Source: Cyanomargarita calcarea GSE-NOS-MK-12-04C (GTDB lineage: Bacteria > Cyanobacteriota > Cyanobacteriia > Cyanobacteriales > Nostocaceae). Taken from it: a DNA stretch of 64,000 bases. The stretch covers positions 253 to 64,252 of the forward strand of contig JAHHGZ010000029.1 of assembly GCA_019359595.1 (NCBI GenBank), given 5' to 3'. Under the pieces are notes generated by a model, which was not told where the DNA came from, searched no databases, and was given only the letters and a program-made list of their open reading frames with translations. Both the position numbers and the translations under genes were made by a program. This document shows positions 20,135 through 29,003 of the stretch, one piece after another (the first letter of the stretch is position 1; each line of letters begins with the position of its first letter).

Positions 20135-20460
20135 TAATCATCATATCTAGCGATCGCTCTTAACAATTCTGATTGGGAGCGCTTACGTTGCGAACAACCG
20201 AGGATTAGTAGATTTTGGCTGTGTGTAGAGACTTCGCTTGTAAGGTTATCAAGACTATCTTGATCACAAAACTTAACCATTTTAGATGCCATTCCACACG
20301 TAAAGCGCCATACTCGATGAAAAACGCTGATTTTATGAATTACCCCCTGTAACACTAACTCACCCACTACCAAAATCCTCAACTCCGTCACCCACCTCAA
20401 AGCCTCATCATTGATTAAAAACGCTTTGCAGCGAGCCGTCAAAGCCGCCGCAACCTGCAA
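20134..20460 (-). CDS. hypothetical protein, translationally coupled to the TGT-like ORF
   Basis: 108 aa. Its stop overlaps the downstream ATG (ATGA) and it has no recognisable motif. Confidence 0.3.
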   Translation of the reverse strand: MQVAAALTARCKAFLINDEALRWVTELRILVVGELVLQGVIHKISVFHRVWRFTCGMASKMVKFCDQDSLDNLTSEVSTHSQNLLILGCSQRKRSQSELLRAIARYDD

Positions 20461-20637
20461 ACCATCGGGTAACTGAAGGTTAATTTTGAAGCTAGTTTTG
20501 TAACTTCCCCAACCGATAAATCAACAGACGAAGGCACTTCGGAGATGCTGTAGCCCATGTTAATTAGGCATACTGCTGCTTTTAAGAAAGGTTTGGCGTT
20601 CTAAGTCTTAGTAAATTCGTGTTCTTCAATATTCATT

Positions 20638-21423
20638 CTATGTACTCTGCTGTGCGGCAGACTGGACAGCTTCTACATCAACATTAAGCTGTTGAGCAAT
20701 CTGCTCCACGCTCATCCCTGCTTTTAGTAACAGAGGCACAGTTGCTCTCAATATTTCTTCCCTGCCGTCAGCTTTCGCTTCTTGATAAAACCTTGTTTGC
20801 TCTAAAGTTAGTCCCAGCATAGCTTCCACTTCCTCTCTACTCAAAAACGAAAATTTATAAACGGCGATTGTTGTAATAATATCTATTATTTCGCTTTTCG
20901 GCAGTGTGTCTGTTTCTTCTAATTATACCCGCTCAATTAACAGACGAGCTTGCTCCGCCATTGCTTTCTCTGAGGCAATTGTCAACTGCATTAAATTTAT
21001 GGCTACTGGTAGGGTATTGGGAGTGCCCAACTCATCTAAGTAAATGCGCTGTACTTGGTTACTGTTCAAAAATATTCGATGAGTTTTTTTATCGCTTGGT
21101 TCCAAATTGCGGGATGGAAAAATTACGACACAGTACCAGTCATCATATTGAGACTGATTCCGGTTTAAATACATCATTGACTCAGTAAACAATCGATGGT
21201 GTAGAGCTTCATCTTTCTGGAATTGAACTTCTGCGAAAAAAATGATTCTGGGTGTTGTACCCTCTGGAGGTAAAAATACTCCATCAATCCGGAAAGCGGT
21301 TTCTTTTACCTCAACTGATTCAAATCGATAGTTTTGTGCCTGTTGGGGACGGTCATCAACGAATTCAAAAAGCAACCCAGGAAAACGCTTAAAAATTTGG
21401 TAATAAATAGAGTCGCGTCTCAC
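20638..21423 (-). pseudogene. Rpn-family recombination-promoting nuclease/putative transposase (PD-(D/E)XK + DUF4351) interrupted by one in-frame TAA
   Basis: The 166-aa ORF (20923-21423, FFAEVQFQKD core) and the 68-aa ORF (20638-20844, SREEVEAMLGLTLEQTRFYQEAKADGREEIL) are in the same frame. The 26 intervening codons translate to LEETDTLPKSEIIDIITTIAVYKFSFL, matching the family consensus. Only the TAA at 20923-20925 separates them. Confidence 0.7.
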
Positions 21424-21634
21424 TCAACTATCCTAAAATTTACTGATTATTCAATGTTTATTTTATCGCTAAATTGGCACCATAAATTATCTAAGTTTGG
21501 CAGCAGTTTTTAGATAATTTATCTATGTTTTTGGTCAGTACCAAGATACTTTGTGTACATCCCACTATTGAGTAGTAATATATATGTCAGAGTAATCACT
21601 CTCATCAGAAACCCAAGGGATAAGTCAGGTTGCT

Positions 21635-22909
21635 ATGACTCATTTTGGTATTATCTGTCCAGCATCTACAGGTCACCTCAATACGATGTTTCCTTTAGGA
21701 AGGGAACTGCAAAGGCGCGGTCATTGCGTTACATTATTGGGAATTCTTGATCTCCAAGCGAAAGCGATCGCAGCAGGATTAGAATTTCAGGCGATCGCAG
21801 AATCTGATTCTCCTTTGGGGTCGATGGAAAAAATCTTTGCAAAGATAGGGGAACTAAGTGGTTCGGCTGCCATCCGTTTTACTGTCGGAGCGCTGAAAAA
21901 TGCTAGCGTGGCAATCTTACGGGATGCTCCGGATGCAATCAAACAAGTGGGTATCGAAGCGCTGTTGGTGGATCAACTTTGCCCTGCGGGTGGGACTGTT
22001 GCCGAATATTTAGGTATACCCTTCATAACCGTGTGCAGTGCTGTGGTCATGAATCAAGAAGATGGCGTTCCCCCTTGGTTTAAGGTATGGAGTTATAACC
22101 CCGGATGGTGGGCACGTGTACGCAACCAAATTAGTCACTCGGCAATGAATCGGATTGCCAAACCGATTCAAGAACCGATAATCGAGTATCGCCAACGCTG
22201 GAATTTGCCACAACACTCGAATCGCAGCGATGCTTACTCTAAACTAGCAATTATCAGCCAACAGCCAGCGGAGTTTGAATTTCCCCGGCGCAATTTGCCC
22301 CCATACTTCCACTTTACAGGCCCATATCACGACTCAACAGGACGGCCAGGGGTTGATTTCCCCTTTGAAAAGCTGAACGGGAAACCCCTAATCTACGCTT
22401 CAATGGGAACCCTACAAAATCGTTTGCAATCTGTTTTTCAAACCATCGCCGAAGCTTGTGTGGGTTTGGATGCTCAATTGGTAATTTCTCTTGGTGGCGC
22501 ACTCGAACCCGAGGGGCTGAAATTATCCGGTGAACCTTTGGTAGTGAAATATGCACCGCAACTAGAATTACTGCAAAAAGCTAGCCTTGTTATCACTCAC
22601 GCCGGACTGAATACCACCTTAGAATCACTGAAGAATGCTGTGCCGATGGTTGCAATACCCGTTACCAACGACCAACCGGGAGTAGCTGCACGGATAGCTT
22701 GGACTGGTGCGGGAGAACTTGTGCCCCTCGACAAATTGAGTGTTCCTAAATTGCGAGATGCTATTTCTAGGGTGCTGACGCAAGAGTCTTATAAACAAAA
22801 TGCAGTTAGGTTGCAAGAAGCTATTGCCTCTGCTGGGGGGGTGAGTCGCGCTATTGATATTGTGGAAAATGCGATATCTACAGGAAAGGCGATTATACAA
22901 AGCGCCTAA
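21635..22909 (+). CDS. GT1 UDP-glycosyltransferase (MGT/macrolide-glycosyltransferase-like)
   Basis: 424 aa. The N-terminal region is GHLNTMFPLGRELQRRGH and the C-terminal UDPGT signature region is VITHAGLNTTLESLKNAVPMVAIPVTNDQPGVAARI. Confidence 0.8.
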   Translation: MTHFGIICPASTGHLNTMFPLGRELQRRGHCVTLLGILDLQAKAIAAGLEFQAIAESDSPLGSMEKIFAKIGELSGSAAIRFTVGALKNASVAILRDAPDAIKQVGIEALLVDQLCPAGGTVAEYLGIPFITVCSAVVMNQEDGVPPWFKVWSYNPGWWARVRNQISHSAMNRIAKPIQEPIIEYRQRWNLPQHSNRSDAYSKLAIISQQPAEFEFPRRNLPPYFHFTGPYHDSTGRPGVDFPFEKLNGKPLIYASMGTLQNRLQSVFQTIAEACVGLDAQLVISLGGALEPEGLKLSGEPLVVKYAPQLELLQKASLVITHAGLNTTLESLKNAVPMVAIPVTNDQPGVAARIAWTGAGELVPLDKLSVPKLRDAISRVLTQESYKQNAVRLQEAIASAGGVSRAIDIVENAISTGKAIIQSA

Positions 22910-22945
22910 CTCGGAAAAAATCAACTGCTTTCTACAACACTAATT

Positions 22946-24292
22946 ATGAACTACCCCAATAGAAAACTTGGTTTAATTGAGAACTTGTTCGATATTATTC
23001 ATGATTTAGGCGGCATGATTGATGTCAATGTTGCTCGCATAGAAGGGTCAATAACACCTGTAATTCTGCAACAGGCTCTCGATTTATTACAAAAGCGTCA
23101 TCCAATGCTTCAATTTCATATTGTTAAGTTGGAAGATGGAGCTTATTTTCAATCAAAAGGTACAACAAAAATACCTCTACGTGTCATAGATAAGCAAAAT
23201 GAGAATCAATGGCTGCAAATTGCTGAAGATGAGTTACACGAAAAATTTCCTAACGATACTAGTCCTCTTTGTCGGGTGACTTTGCTAAGTTCTGCAGAAA
23301 ACAGTATTAGTGAAATAATTGCAACATTTCATCACGCGATAACTGATGGAATTTCATGTATGTTGTTTATTGATGAACTATTGTCCTACTGTCAAAAAAT
23401 CGCTGCTGATGAGGATATACCCTTATTTGTGACAATGCAACTACTTCCGGCACTAGAGAACTTGATTGACAGCAGCCTTACTAGTAAAAATAACATTGTC
23501 GAAGAGCAAACCAAGGAGGTAATCCCTACACCCCAGTTAATTATTGAAGAAGAAGCACCTATAAGCGATCGCCGCACTTGTCTTGTACCCCGAATCCTCA
23601 ATAAAGAAATGACTATTATGCTGATAAACCGTTGCAAGCAAGAGGAAACAACGGTTCATGGAGCCTTATGTGCGGCAATGTTATCGGCAGTAGCAGAAAA
23701 TGCTTTTACTGGAACTATAAATTTATCCTGTGGTTCAAACGTAAATTTACGACAATCTTGTCAACCTGAAGTGGCTACTAACTATATAGGTTGCTTTATA
23801 TCTATTGTAGAAGAAATTCATACCTTAGAAGAAAATACTAAATTTTGGGATTTGGCACGGGAATGTAAATCCAAAATTAGTCATTCTATTAGTTTAGGAA
23901 TTCCAATTAATCGTATTTGTGACGCTAAATTGCAATATGTAAATCAGGATATGATTCTTGAAATTTCTAAGCATCAAATGGGACGAAAAAATACAATAGA
24001 GTTATCAAATCGTGGCAAATTCAATGTTGCTAAAAAATATGGTGAATTAAAACTGAAAGAGTTATATTTTGCTACGGGACAGCATTTGGTTGGTGGTTCT
24101 TTTTGGTTAGGTGTAGTAACTTTTCACGAACAGCTATTTTGTACTTTTGCCCATATCGTTCCTCTAGTAAGTACTAAGACAGCAGAGTTATTAGCAGATT
24201 CTGTTATGGTCAATATCCAGAAAGCATGTATGTCTGAATCTTTTACATTGAGTAAGTTAAATGAAAATGAAGTTGCTTTTTCAAAGGATTAA
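22946..24292 (+). CDS. stand-alone condensation-domain acyltransferase (HHxxxDG; NRPS C-domain / PapA5 / WS-DGAT-like)
   Basis: 448 aa with an HHAITDGIS active-site motif at about residue 130. Its size and layout match free-standing C-domain O-acyltransferases. Confidence 0.6.
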   Translation: MNYPNRKLGLIENLFDIIHDLGGMIDVNVARIEGSITPVILQQALDLLQKRHPMLQFHIVKLEDGAYFQSKGTTKIPLRVIDKQNENQWLQIAEDELHEKFPNDTSPLCRVTLLSSAENSISEIIATFHHAITDGISCMLFIDELLSYCQKIAADEDIPLFVTMQLLPALENLIDSSLTSKNNIVEEQTKEVIPTPQLIIEEEAPISDRRTCLVPRILNKEMTIMLINRCKQEETTVHGALCAAMLSAVAENAFTGTINLSCGSNVNLRQSCQPEVATNYIGCFISIVEEIHTLEENTKFWDLARECKSKISHSISLGIPINRICDAKLQYVNQDMILEISKHQMGRKNTIELSNRGKFNVAKKYGELKLKELYFATGQHLVGGSFWLGVVTFHEQLFCTFAHIVPLVSTKTAELLADSVMVNIQKACMSESFTLSKLNENEVAFSKD

Positions 24293-24312
24293 TCAGCCCC
24301 AAGAGAAAAAAT

Positions 24313-25581
24313 ATGCGAATTACAATTTTAACAGTTGGAACACGCGGTGATGTCCAACCTTACATTGCTCTGGGGCTGGGTTTACAAGCTGCTGGTCACA
24401 AAGTGCGACTAGCAACAAATGCTCTGTTTCATGAGTTCGTCATCAGTCACGGGCTGGACTTCGCTCCGGTGGGAGGTAATCCCCAAGAAATTATCAAGCG
24501 GTTGAAGACTGAAGCCAGCAAGAGCAATAAAACATTATTACCAAAAAAATTGCAATTGAAGGCGCAATTTTGGCGAATTTTCTGCTCAGGGCTTGAACGT
24601 CTCATAGCTGATTCCTGGGATGCATGTCAGGACGCAGAAGCTATAATCTATTCCCAGCTAGCGTTACCCGGTTATCATATTGCTGAGAAGTTGGGAATAC
24701 CTGGGTATGCAGCCTATACACACCCTTTTACCCGCACTCGTACTTTCCCTCACCCACTCAATAAATTCGATTTTCATTTGGGTGGTACCTTCAACTGGTT
24801 GACTTACATCTTTGAAGAACAAGTATGGTGGCAATTTACTAAAAAAATAATCAATCAGTGGCGAGAGGAAACCCTTAAGCTACCTTCAATTCCTCCGATT
24901 GGTCTTTATCGTCGGCAGCAAAAGCAGCAGATCCCCATTCTCTATTGCTATAGCTCTGCTGTAGTTCCAAAGCCGCTTGATTGGCCTGATTGGGTACATC
25001 TGACAGGTTACTGGTTCTTAGATTGCCCGTCAGACTGGCAACCACCAACAGATTTGGTTGATTTTCTAGCTGCTGGCCCGCCGCCAGTGTATATAGGTTT
25101 CGGCAGCATGAGTGGTCTTAAACCAGAAGCATTGACAGAGTTAGTACTGGAAGTTCTAGTTAGGACTGGACAGAGGGGTATATTGCTAACCGGGTGGGGT
25201 GGTTTGAGTAATGCCGATTTACCTGATAATGTGCTTAAAATTGCATCGGCTCCCCATGATTGGTTGTTTCCTCAAATGGCCGCAGTGGTTCATCATGGTG
25301 GCGCTGGTACAACGGCAGCTGGTCTGCGTGCTGGTATACCCTCTGTGATCATCCCCTTTGGTGCCGAACAGCCTTTTTGGGGACAGCGAGTAGCTGACTT
25401 GGGTGTGGGTTCTGCGCTTATACCGCAAACAGACTTGACGGTAGAGGTATTAGCATCTGCGATTAAGACCGTCACAAGCGACGAGTCGATGAAAGCTCGC
25501 GCTCATGCTTTAGGGGAAAAAATTCGCTCAGAAGATGGTGTGGCAAAGGCACTCGAAATTTTTCATCGCTATCTGCCCTAA
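24313..25581 (+). CDS. GT1 UDP-glucosyltransferase (sterol/lipid glucosyltransferase-like, GT28 N-terminus + UDPGT C-terminus)
   Basis: 422 aa with MRITILTVGTRGDVQPYIALGLGLQAAGH and a C-terminal HHGGAGTTAAGLRAGIPSVIIPFGAEQPFW. Confidence 0.8.
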   Translation: MRITILTVGTRGDVQPYIALGLGLQAAGHKVRLATNALFHEFVISHGLDFAPVGGNPQEIIKRLKTEASKSNKTLLPKKLQLKAQFWRIFCSGLERLIADSWDACQDAEAIIYSQLALPGYHIAEKLGIPGYAAYTHPFTRTRTFPHPLNKFDFHLGGTFNWLTYIFEEQVWWQFTKKIINQWREETLKLPSIPPIGLYRRQQKQQIPILYCYSSAVVPKPLDWPDWVHLTGYWFLDCPSDWQPPTDLVDFLAAGPPPVYIGFGSMSGLKPEALTELVLEVLVRTGQRGILLTGWGGLSNADLPDNVLKIASAPHDWLFPQMAAVVHHGGAGTTAAGLRAGIPSVIIPFGAEQPFWGQRVADLGVGSALIPQTDLTVEVLASAIKTVTSDESMKARAHALGEKIRSEDGVAKALEIFHRYLP

Positions 25582-25669
25582 CCTTAGGCATCAAGTAAAA
25601 ATAAGTAGTGCGTTAGCGTAGCGTGTCCGTAGGCCAAACATCTTGCTCGCACTACAAATATCAAATTGT

Positions 25670-27064
25670 TCAACTTATTTTTACACGACTCTCCAAAATC
25701 CGCTGATTTTGAGGACGTTTCCCCGTTACCACCATTGGCACACCTCCTGATGGCCCCAACAGAGCGCCTTTACGTGTTGGCTGCACTGCTTTGGTATCCG
25801 CAAGCGCCATCTGCCAATTAGATAGAACTGTCGCCAAAACGAGTTTCATCTCAAGTAAAGCAAATGCCATGCCAATACAGCGCCGATTTCCACCACCAAA
25901 TGGCAAATACTCAGAGGGAGTAAATTGACGTTCTAGAAAACGTTCTGGCTTAAACTGCTTGGAATCGGGATATAAATCTTCTTGATGATGGGTGAGATAA
26001 ATACAAGGAATTACCAAAGTTCCGGGCTGCAATTGGTAGTCCATAATTTCTAGTGGTGATTTGACCACGCGATTTAATGCCAACATTGCCACCGGATAAA
26101 GGCGTAATGTTTCAGAACAGACAGCATTTAAATAAGGCAATCGCAAAATAGTATTTGGATCGGGTTTTTCACCCAAGCTATCCAACTCTTGTACCAGTTT
26201 CTCTCGCACAAGAGGCAAATGGTGAATCCAGTACAATGCCCAAGCTAATGAAGTTGCAGTGGTTTCGTGACCTGCGACCAACAGAGTGATTAATTCATCA
26301 CGTAGCTCTACATCCGTCATCGGCTGCCCCTCTTCGTCGCGAGCAGCCATCATCAAAGACAGGATATCACTGCGAGAAGGGTCTGGTTGCTCTTTGCGTT
26401 CCTGAATCTCGGCGTATATCAGTTCGTCCATTTGCTCCTTCAAACGCAGGAACTTTCCCCAAGGACTCCACGCACCTAAATCAGTTTGCAGTGATGGAAA
26501 AACAATTGCCATTGCCAAAAAGAACGGTTGCTGGGGATTCAAGATTTCAAGTAGAAGTGCTTTGAGTTTTTCGTAACGCAGTCCTGACTCTAGACCAAAT
26601 ACGGCACTCAAAATAACCTGGAAGGAGATTGCTTGCATTGAAGGAAGGACTTTGAAAGGTTCGCCAACCTTCCATTGACTAGTCACTTGCTCCGTGATGT
26701 CGGCGATCGCCTCACTGTAAGCCAGCATCCGTTCCCCATGCAAAGGGGGTGTTAAGAGCTTGCGCTGCCGTTGGTGGGGCTTGCCGGATAGCGCCAACAT
26801 TGATTGCTGCCCTAGCAAAGGCGATTTAATACCTGCTGCTTCACCAGAGTCCAACTGTTTTGGATCGGTGGAAAAAATCTGCCCAATTGCTTTGGGGTTG
26901 CTAATGAATACTTGAGGAGCAAATACTGGACCAATCCGCAGGGTGAAGATGTCACCATAATGTTTAGCACAGGTTTCCATATATTCCAAGGGGTTAGTCA
27001 GCCACTGGAATGTTTGTACCCACGGGTGAGTCTTGGGACCATTAGGTAGTTGATGTGCAGGCAT
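25670..27064 (-). CDS. cytochrome P450
   Basis: 464 aa with the heme-thiolate loop FGGGNRRCIGMAFA, an EXXR (ETLRL) and an oxygen-binding AGHETT. Confidence 0.9.
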   Translation of the reverse strand: MPAHQLPNGPKTHPWVQTFQWLTNPLEYMETCAKHYGDIFTLRIGPVFAPQVFISNPKAIGQIFSTDPKQLDSGEAAGIKSPLLGQQSMLALSGKPHQRQRKLLTPPLHGERMLAYSEAIADITEQVTSQWKVGEPFKVLPSMQAISFQVILSAVFGLESGLRYEKLKALLLEILNPQQPFFLAMAIVFPSLQTDLGAWSPWGKFLRLKEQMDELIYAEIQERKEQPDPSRSDILSLMMAARDEEGQPMTDVELRDELITLLVAGHETTATSLAWALYWIHHLPLVREKLVQELDSLGEKPDPNTILRLPYLNAVCSETLRLYPVAMLALNRVVKSPLEIMDYQLQPGTLVIPCIYLTHHQEDLYPDSKQFKPERFLERQFTPSEYLPFGGGNRRCIGMAFALLEMKLVLATVLSNWQMALADTKAVQPTRKGALLGPSGGVPMVVTGKRPQNQRILESRVKIS

Positions 27065-27252
27065 TTTTTTCTCACTATAAATGAAGTAAGACTGAAATCA
27101 GCTGATAAATCATGCACGTTTGGCTTGATTCATTTTAGGACAGGGATGGGACTATGAGTTTAATAGTTGTAATTTCAATCAACTTATGCGGCAACTCCTG
27201 TTGTAACGGATGTAACTCACATCTTGCACCAATGTCAGGAAGCCCAGAATTC

Positions 27253-27411
27253 AGCCCTGAAATAAATTACTCGCTCCGCGAGAAGCAAGCTACACAGCTT
27301 TTAGCTTAAGTAAGCGGTCATCTTACTAAATAAGTTTTTAACCCATTAAAATGGGTTAAAGCTTTAAGCCCGTTCGCGCAGCGTCCCGAAGGGATAATTT
27401 ATTTCAGGGCT
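27253..27411. mobile_element. MITE-like element with 17-bp perfect terminal inverted repeats (AGCCCTGAAATAAATTA) enclosing hairpin AACCCATTAAAATGGGTT
   Basis: The TIRs at 27253-27269 and 27395-27411 are exact reverse complements. The internal hairpin is identical to 19571-19588. The element has no coding capacity and lies in a convergent intergenic region. Confidence 0.6.
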
Positions 27412-27419
27412 AAAAATGT

Positions 27420-27452
27420 CCTAACTCCTAACTCCTAACTCCTAACTCCTCC
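27420..27452. repeat. heptanucleotide microsatellite (CCTAACT)x4
   Basis: A direct tandem repeat is visible immediately right of the MITE-like element. Confidence 0.8.
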
Positions 27453-27497
27453 TAAAATTAAAAATATGTGGTTTATACGCAAGGGGCAAGATATGAT

Positions 27498-28307
27498 TTA
27501 CATCCGTTTTATATCCATTGCCAGTAGTTCCTGAATTTTTTTAGGACTCAATTCCTGCACATTCCCTAAAACGATCGCCGCTCCCGCTTTTAATAGTATC
27601 TGAGTATATGCATCACGAACCTCTACAGTCTGCTGCACATGGGGTGGTAAAACACCTACAGCAATCCAAGTGCGGTTCGGATGGAGTTTTCGTGCTTTCT
27701 CCACTGTGTACATATCCGCTACCGTATCTCCTACGTAAACTACAGGTGTATTTTCCTGCTCTTCATTTTCTAGCAGTTGCAGCGTAGCGAAAAGTCCGGT
27801 AGGGTCTGGTTTACTGGGGGCATCTTCCATTGCAATCAATACTGGTGACTTTAAATCGAGGCGTTTTTCCAAAATATAGGTTGCACTCAAGCGAGTCGCA
27901 CCGCTGAAAAAGCCCCAAGGAATTTCAGCTAATGTCAATTGTTCTAAATAACTGGGCTGTAATAATAAAGGCTCGTCACATATGTACCCATTCCAGTTGT
28001 CCGGGTCAGTACCACGGTAACGAGATTGAAAAAAAGCGACAATAGTGTTGTAATCCAGTTTTTTGCTTTCGCGTGACTGCCCTTGAGTTTCAAAATGGCG
28101 ATAAATAAATTCTTGTGAGGCTTCCCAATCGTTATTCCAGATGCCTTCAGACTTGAGTTTGTCAATATCTCCTGGTGTCGGACGATACGTATCCCCAGTA
28201 AAATGTTCTACAGTATCTGCGATCGCACGCCGATAGGAACCTGATACATCGCGTACTACACCATCAATATCGAAAATCACAATAGCACTTGTTGAGGATT
28301 CAGTCAT
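27498..28307 (-). CDS. HAD-superfamily hydrolase
   Basis: 269 aa with an N-terminal IVIFDIDGVV (DxDG motif I) and later VGDTVAD (motif IV). Confidence 0.7.
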   Translation of the reverse strand: MTESSTSAIVIFDIDGVVRDVSGSYRRAIADTVEHFTGDTYRPTPGDIDKLKSEGIWNNDWEASQEFIYRHFETQGQSRESKKLDYNTIVAFFQSRYRGTDPDNWNGYICDEPLLLQPSYLEQLTLAEIPWGFFSGATRLSATYILEKRLDLKSPVLIAMEDAPSKPDPTGLFATLQLLENEEQENTPVVYVGDTVADMYTVEKARKLHPNRTWIAVGVLPPHVQQTVEVRDAYTQILLKAGAAIVLGNVQELSPKKIQELLAMDIKRM

Positions 28308-28701
28308 GAGATTTTAGATTTTGGATTTTTAAATTTTAGATTGATAATACCGTTTCTTTATAAAGATGCGCCTAATTAGCCCACCTGCGTGGGCTACCTA
28401 CGGAAGGCGAAGCGCCTATGTTTGTATAGCCTTTGCCAGTGCGTTGGGCGGCTTGGCCGACTTGTTCGCGTAGCGTCTCCTTATTGAGAAGCACCTGGCG
28501 TCCAGGCTTGCTGCCTGTGGGTGAATAAAGCGCAACCTCATAGAGAATTGGTATAAGTTGTAAAAATAGAAATTTTTCCCCATTTCCCATCTTCCCACCT
28601 CCCCCCTCCCAAATGATTCTTTGCTCAAAATGTAACTATTAGGTTAAAATAAGCGATTGCAAAGATAGATAAGTATTGCCCGGTATTTCCCGGAGGTGTG
28701 A

Positions 28702-29001
28702 TTGACCAAGTTTATTCTGAAAATTCTTTGGTTGGACGAAAACGTCGCTTTAGCAGTGGATCAAGTTGTAGGCAAAGGCACCAGTCCTTTGACTAAGTAC
28801 TTTTTCTGGCCCAGGAATGATGCCTGGGAAGAACTGAAAAAAGAGCTAGAGTCAAAACATTGGATCACCGATGTGGATCGCGTCGAGTTGCTTAACAAAG
28901 CAACAGAAGTGATTAACTACTGGCAAGAGGAAGGTAGAAACCGTCCGATGGTTGAGGCTCAGTCTAAGTTCCCTGAAGTTGCCTTCACAGGTAGCGCATA
29001 G
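28702..29001 (+). CDS. ycf65: probable 30S ribosomal protein PSRP-3 (Ycf65)
   Basis: 99 aa with the highly conserved core [40 protein letters not shown], which is diagnostic of PSRP-3. Confidence 0.85.
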   Translation: MTKFILKILWLDENVALAVDQVVGKGTSPLTKYFFWPRNDAWEELKKELESKHWITDVDRVELLNKATEVINYWQEEGRNRPMVEAQSKFPEVAFTGSA

Positions 29002-29003
29002 GG

